Positions 60,265 through 64,000 of a stretch of 64,000 bases of DNA are shown here, piece by piece. The notes under the pieces were generated by a model, which did not search any database, was not told the origin of the DNA, and saw only the letters and a list, made by a program, of their open reading frames with translations. Made by a program: the position numbers and the translations under genes. This DNA comes from a virus: positions 1-64,000 of IMG/VR virus record IMGVR_UViG_3300031962_000002; one strand, given 5' to 3'. The first letter of the stretch is position 1; each line of letters opens with the position of its first letter.

Positions 60265-61094
60265 TTCGGTATCTGGTAAAACATTTTTTCATCTTTTTTT
60301 CCTTTGTTCAATGGACTTGATTCCCATGAGGCCAACCTTTTTGCTAAATCCCAGAATTCTTCCAACTCCCACCGGATGCGTTGTGGTTCTGGTTTGTTTT
60401 CTGGCATCGACCAATGACGGTAGAAAGAGTTCATCACATCGCTTGTGTATTTGCCCCTAAATGGTTCCATTGCTGCGGTCAGGGCTTGTTGCTTCTGTTT
60501 CACGGTCTTTTCGATGTCGGTCAAGTAACAGGCAATTTTGTCGAAATTATTTCGAGCCCAAGTAGCAAGGCGAAGTGATATTTCAAATGTTTTTTCCTTT
60601 TCGAACTTCATTTTTGGTACTTTGGAACGGGATGTTTCAGTCCATTTCGCTACGAAGTTATCCAACATTTTCTTTGTGTATATCAATTCTCCAGCATGGT
60701 AAACTTCTTTTTTGAACGACTCTTTTTTAATTTTTAATTCAGAGTAGATACTTTCATTTTCATTTTCCATATGTGGTGACATATGTTCCTGTTGACTCCT
60801 ATTATTCTTTCTTGAAGAACAATAATCAATACGCTTAGTTTTTTCAAAGTCCAATCTTTCATTAAAAAAAAGACCTTGTTCGTCTTTTTGAAACTTCTTT
60901 TGGAGGGTAGGCCAGCTTGAGCCAAAATCCGATCCAAGACAAGTTTTTATTTCTTCTAATGAAAGGTGACCATTATTAAACTGAGCGTGAAGCAAGTCCA
61001 TGTAGCACCCCTTTATGAATCGGGTCATAAGACTGGTGCCAGAATACCAATCTCCAAAATACCAAAGAAGGGCCGGATCTTTAGCGATAGGCAC
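60261..61094 (-). CDS. Replication initiator-like protein (DUF1376/YdaU-like N-terminus, duplicated C-terminal domain)
   Basis: PALLWYFGDW...GCYMDLL...NERL, two F...W...E.F..RLA.W repeats, upstream of dnaB. Confidence 0.7.
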   Translation of the reverse strand: MPIAKDPALLWYFGDWYSGTSLMTRFIKGCYMDLLHAQFNNGHLSLEEIKTCLGSDFGSSWPTLQKKFQKDEQGLFFNERLDFEKTKRIDYCSSRKNNRSQQEHMSPHMENENESIYSELKIKKESFKKEVYHAGELIYTKKMLDNFVAKWTETSRSKVPKMKFEKEKTFEISLRLATWARNNFDKIACYLTDIEKTVKQKQQALTAAMEPFRGKYTSDVMNSFYRHWSMPENKPEPQRIRWELEEFWDLAKRLASWESSPLNKGKKDEKMFYQIPK

Positions 61095-61521
61095 CTCCCT
61101 TCACTATACATTCTTCGTTGAAAATAAAGACACCATGATCAGTTAATTGATGAAATTTTGAATGGCAATTTGGACATATTTTTATAACTTGAGTGCCATT
61201 ATTTTTCTTACGAATGGGATAATGATGATCATGCATCAAAATATTTGATAATCCGCAAAACTGACATCCTACTAAGTAATTTTGATTGAGCAAATCAAAT
61301 GCTTCTTTGTCGGTAATTACCTTTCTCTTAATCAATTTTAATGAAGAAATCTTTTTTAATTTCCTGTATATAGAATCTTTTTTTAAATCAAGTAGAGGAA
61401 GTGCCGTCACTAAGTTATCATAAGAATATAAAATTTTATTTAATCGGAACCATGTTATTATGGCCGCATCATCATAATTAATGAGACCACCAAACTTGTT
61501 TAAATCATCATCAATGGCCAT
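61081..61521 (-). CDS. HTH plus HNH-like endonuclease protein
   Basis: CQFC...HH.P......ICPNCH..FH. Confidence 0.65.
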   Translation of the reverse strand: MAIDDDLNKFGGLINYDDAAIITWFRLNKILYSYDNLVTALPLLDLKKDSIYRKLKKISSLKLIKRKVITDKEAFDLLNQNYLVGCQFCGLSNILMHDHHYPIRKKNNGTQVIKICPNCHSKFHQLTDHGVFIFNEECIVKGGAYR

Positions 61522-61665
61522 AAAAAATAAAGCCTTTGATCGGGTTCAGGTGTGCAGCCATCCCCCTATCAAAGGCGTTTAAAGTTCTTTTTCACCGCTT
61601 CTGCACACAGCGATTGCCGATCCTTTCGGCGCAACAAATTTAACAATCAATGACACTTTCACAAA
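61522..61665 (-). promoter_or_regulatory. Consensus Bacteroidota promoter with an attenuator-like structured leader
   Basis: Minus strand TTTG-N19-TAAATTTG (61665-61635). Stem gcctttgat/atcaaaggc plus T-tract lies directly before the ATG. Segments 61550-61557 and 61601-61608 are exact reverse complements. Confidence 0.7.
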
Positions 61666-61681
61666 GATTTCATGATTTTAA

Positions 61682-61906
61682 TCACGTAACTAGGCAAATT
61701 TTTTTAGCCTTTGCATGCAAATCGACATAGTTCGGTATCTGCCTCCGGTACTTAACCAGTAATTTGACCAGCATGGCCCGTCCTTTGACCGTCATTTCAC
61801 GATCATACCAATTGGGCAGGTTTTGTACGAAGCGTTTGTCGAACGTTCCTGGAAGGAAAGAACAGGCTTGTAAGGCTACGGCTATTTGGCGCTCGATGAC
61901 GGTCAT
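61682..61906 (-). CDS. Hypothetical phage protein
   Basis: CSFLPGTFDKRF...YRRQI pattern. Confidence 0.7.
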   Translation of the reverse strand: MTVIERQIAVALQACSFLPGTFDKRFVQNLPNWYDREMTVKGRAMLVKLLVKYRRQIPNYVDLHAKAKKICLVT

Positions 61907-62682
61907 GCTGGAACCTGCCTTGAATCAATCAAATACTGTGGAACCGGCTCAATTTTATCAATTTGCTTGAAAAAATAAGGTACGCCAGCCGCCTTGCACT
62001 GCTTTTGCACACTGTCAGCCCATTCCATGTCGAACGGACGCCGATTATGACCGCTTTCACCGCCTTGGATAACCCAATTTATGCCACCGTACCAGACACC
62101 TGGACGCAACACTGGATCTTCAAAATCAATGGGACCAAGTTGCGGCTCTATGCTAAGGAACTTTTTGCCTTTCACTTGTAATAATTGCGGAATCAATGTT
62201 TGTGCTGTTTTCTGATCCACTGGAGATGTACCGTACATCACGTTCGGTTCTGGGTTATCCAACCAACCAGCGGGTACGTACTTTGGAATGTTGCTTGGCC
62301 GTTTGGTCAGGAGCAAAAACAATAGATTAGGATAAATTTCAGCACTGATGCGGGTGAAAAATTCCTGCCGTAAATCATCCGTGTTTTCATAGTGACGGAA
62401 TGGATTTGAAATAGGCATTGGCTTTTCAAAAATGTCCATCATTGATCCCACAAAAACTCGATCAAATCTATCTGCTTTTTTTGCTTCGCGCTGGAACCTA
62501 TCCAAATCCTTCCAGACGGACATGATTGCTCGGCGTGGTTTGTCGTTTCCCCATTCATCGTGTCCCCAACGGTGCGATAATACCCTGGCATAACAGTTGT
62601 CACAGCCGGCATGAACCTCAGTGCATCCCCACCACAGATTTGCCGTGTGATCGGTCCACTCAATTTTGCTATTCTGTGCCAT
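61903..62682 (-). CDS. DUF5131 (phage Gp37/Gp68) family protein
   Basis: SKIEWTDHT.N.W.GC......CDNCYA, LLTKRP, GGESG and FFKQ. Confidence 0.92.
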   Translation of the reverse strand: MAQNSKIEWTDHTANLWWGCTEVHAGCDNCYARVLSHRWGHDEWGNDKPRRAIMSVWKDLDRFQREAKKADRFDRVFVGSMMDIFEKPMPISNPFRHYENTDDLRQEFFTRISAEIYPNLLFLLLTKRPSNIPKYVPAGWLDNPEPNVMYGTSPVDQKTAQTLIPQLLQVKGKKFLSIEPQLGPIDFEDPVLRPGVWYGGINWVIQGGESGHNRRPFDMEWADSVQKQCKAAGVPYFFKQIDKIEPVPQYLIDSRQVPA

Positions 62683-63794
62683 CAGTCGTCAACCTTAATC
62701 CCACTGACTGGAACCGCCTTCCTATTGCTTTTGTATTTATTGCAAGTCTCAAAAGCCTCCTTCAGGTGGGAATGTACTTCGTAGGCCGCATGTTTGCCTT
62801 TCTTGGACTTCATGTGACTCCAGACGGATGACTGCAACAATTGGACTTCGATTTGCTGGGCCAGAAAAGCGAACCGATCGGAGTCTTCGCCGAACTTCAA
62901 CTTCTCGGCGGCCTCTTCCTTCTCCTGCTGTTCGCGTTCGGCTTTCTCTTTGATCTCGCGTTTAATTCTTTCTTCGGTTTCAATGCGGGCTCTTTCTTCT
63001 GCCTCTTTCTTTTCCTGTTCGGCTTTCACGGCGGCAACACGCTCGCGTTCCTGACGGTCGATTTCATCTTGTCGCTTTTTCAATTCAAGTTCCTTGGCCT
63101 CTTGTTCTTTCCGTATCCGGTCATTATCGGCCTTAATCTTGTCCTGTTCAATTTTGAAAAGACGTTCGCGTTCTTCCTGCTCTTTGCGGAGGTTCAAAAG
63201 CCTTTCTTCTTCCTGCTGTTTGAGTTCTGCCTGGCGCCGCTCTTCATCTTTCTGTTTTTGACGTTCGGTGACTTCCAGTCGTTGCTTTTCTGCGTACTTC
63301 TCTTTGGCCTCAGTCAGGATATCTTGAAATTGCTCATCTGTCAAAGCCTTCAATTCGTGGAAGTCAACAGCATAATCAACCTCATTGAGTTGTTCGATCA
63401 TTGCCTGAATGCGGTCAGATTCTTTCTTTTCTTCTTCCAGCCGCAGGCGTTCCTTCTCCGCGTAGTAATCATCCTCGCGTTGCTGAAGGAGTACTTCGGT
63501 GGGATACAGATATTCGATCAGTTCGTTTTCTTTGCTGATCACCGCCTTCTGAAAGCGTACTGCCGATTCTCGGAGGTTCTTTGATTCCTTCTGGATTTCA
63601 ACACGTTTCCCCTTTAGCAATTTACGGGCCGCCTCCACTTCTTTGAGTCGGCTTTTTTCATCCTGCAAAATGACATTGCTGGCCAAGTCTTTGACGGAAT
63701 CAACCAGTGCGATAAGACTTTCTTTGGTGATCTTGTTTTCGAACTTCTGAATTTCAGTGTCGATGAATGATGTTTTGGTTAGTTCGGTTTCCAT
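62682..63794 (-). CDS. Long coiled-coil phage protein
   Basis: Glu/Lys/Arg-rich heptads. Confidence 0.75.
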   Translation of the reverse strand: METELTKTSFIDTEIQKFENKITKESLIALVDSVKDLASNVILQDEKSRLKEVEAARKLLKGKRVEIQKESKNLRESAVRFQKAVISKENELIEYLYPTEVLLQQREDDYYAEKERLRLEEEKKESDRIQAMIEQLNEVDYAVDFHELKALTDEQFQDILTEAKEKYAEKQRLEVTERQKQKDEERRQAELKQQEEERLLNLRKEQEERERLFKIEQDKIKADNDRIRKEQEAKELELKKRQDEIDRQERERVAAVKAEQEKKEAEERARIETEERIKREIKEKAEREQQEKEEAAEKLKFGEDSDRFAFLAQQIEVQLLQSSVWSHMKSKKGKHAAYEVHSHLKEAFETCNKYKSNRKAVPVSGIKVDD

Positions 63795-63805
63795 AATTTA
63801 AGTTT

Positions 63806-64000
63806 CTATATGTTGAGGTTCTTTTTTTGCCACCCACTTTGGAAGTTTATCCAACACTTCTGATTCGCCTTCTGTTACGATGTATCCCACAACCCACCAT
63901 TTATAGCCATTGTTGTATTCAGCCATTAATGTGTATCTGAATTTTGGAAAATAATGAAACTCAATTTCATCGAATGAGGTACATTCTTTTTGTACAGAAA
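63806..64000 (-). CDS. 5'-truncated hypothetical protein
   Basis: Open frame ...KWWVVGYI...LPKWVAKKNLNI* running off the window edge. Confidence 0.6.

Noticed and set aside
62841-63584. 247-aa Phe/Leu-rich + strand ORF
   Set aside because: It is the antisense shadow of a Glu/Lys-rich coiled-coil gene.
1-64000. Stop-codon reassignment as in some crAss-like phages; tRNA or rRNA genes
   Set aside because: Genes are long and densely packed under the standard code, and TAA, TAG and TGA are all used as stops. No cloverleaf or rRNA-like sequence was recognised in the short intergenic gaps.

Overview
The window is most of the genome of a Bacteroidota-infecting, podovirus-type dsDNA phage, possibly temperate. 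Host evidence is TTTG-N19/20-TAnnTTTG promoters, Q-rule signal peptides and A-rich starts mostly lacking Shine-Dalgarno sequences. Bases 1-8052 (+) hold early, recombination and modification genes: an octapeptide-repeat protein, a tyrosine recombinase, an annealing protein/exonuclease pair, a C5 cytosine methyltransferase with a second ORF overprinted in the +1 frame, and small hypotheticals. Bases 8155-55999 (-) hold the late block. In transcription order it runs: ring/adaptor and muzzle tail proteins, ejection proteins, a 3843-aa DarB-like methylase-helicase polyvalent protein, intein-containing large terminase, portal, decoration-like protein, an RHH-led sugar-modification island, scaffold, major capsid, fibre-like proteins and an unusually complex lysis cassette. 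Bases 56008-57490 (+) include groES. Bases 57434-64000 (-) hold replication genes (dnaB, initiator, DUF5131) and a minimal kinase-like gene. The five most notable signals are: (1) a CheY-like receiver with intact phosphorylation residues, coupled to the endolysin and preceded by a sensor-kinase-like TM/coiled-coil mini-protein and a Cys-rich peptide/membrane-protein pair; (2) small genes overprinted in the +1 frame of the giant protein's linkers; (3) three tail-fibre-like proteins carrying signal peptides; (4) a glycosylation island between portal and scaffold; (5) a two-frame methyltransferase. All family assignments come from motif recognition, not database searches.
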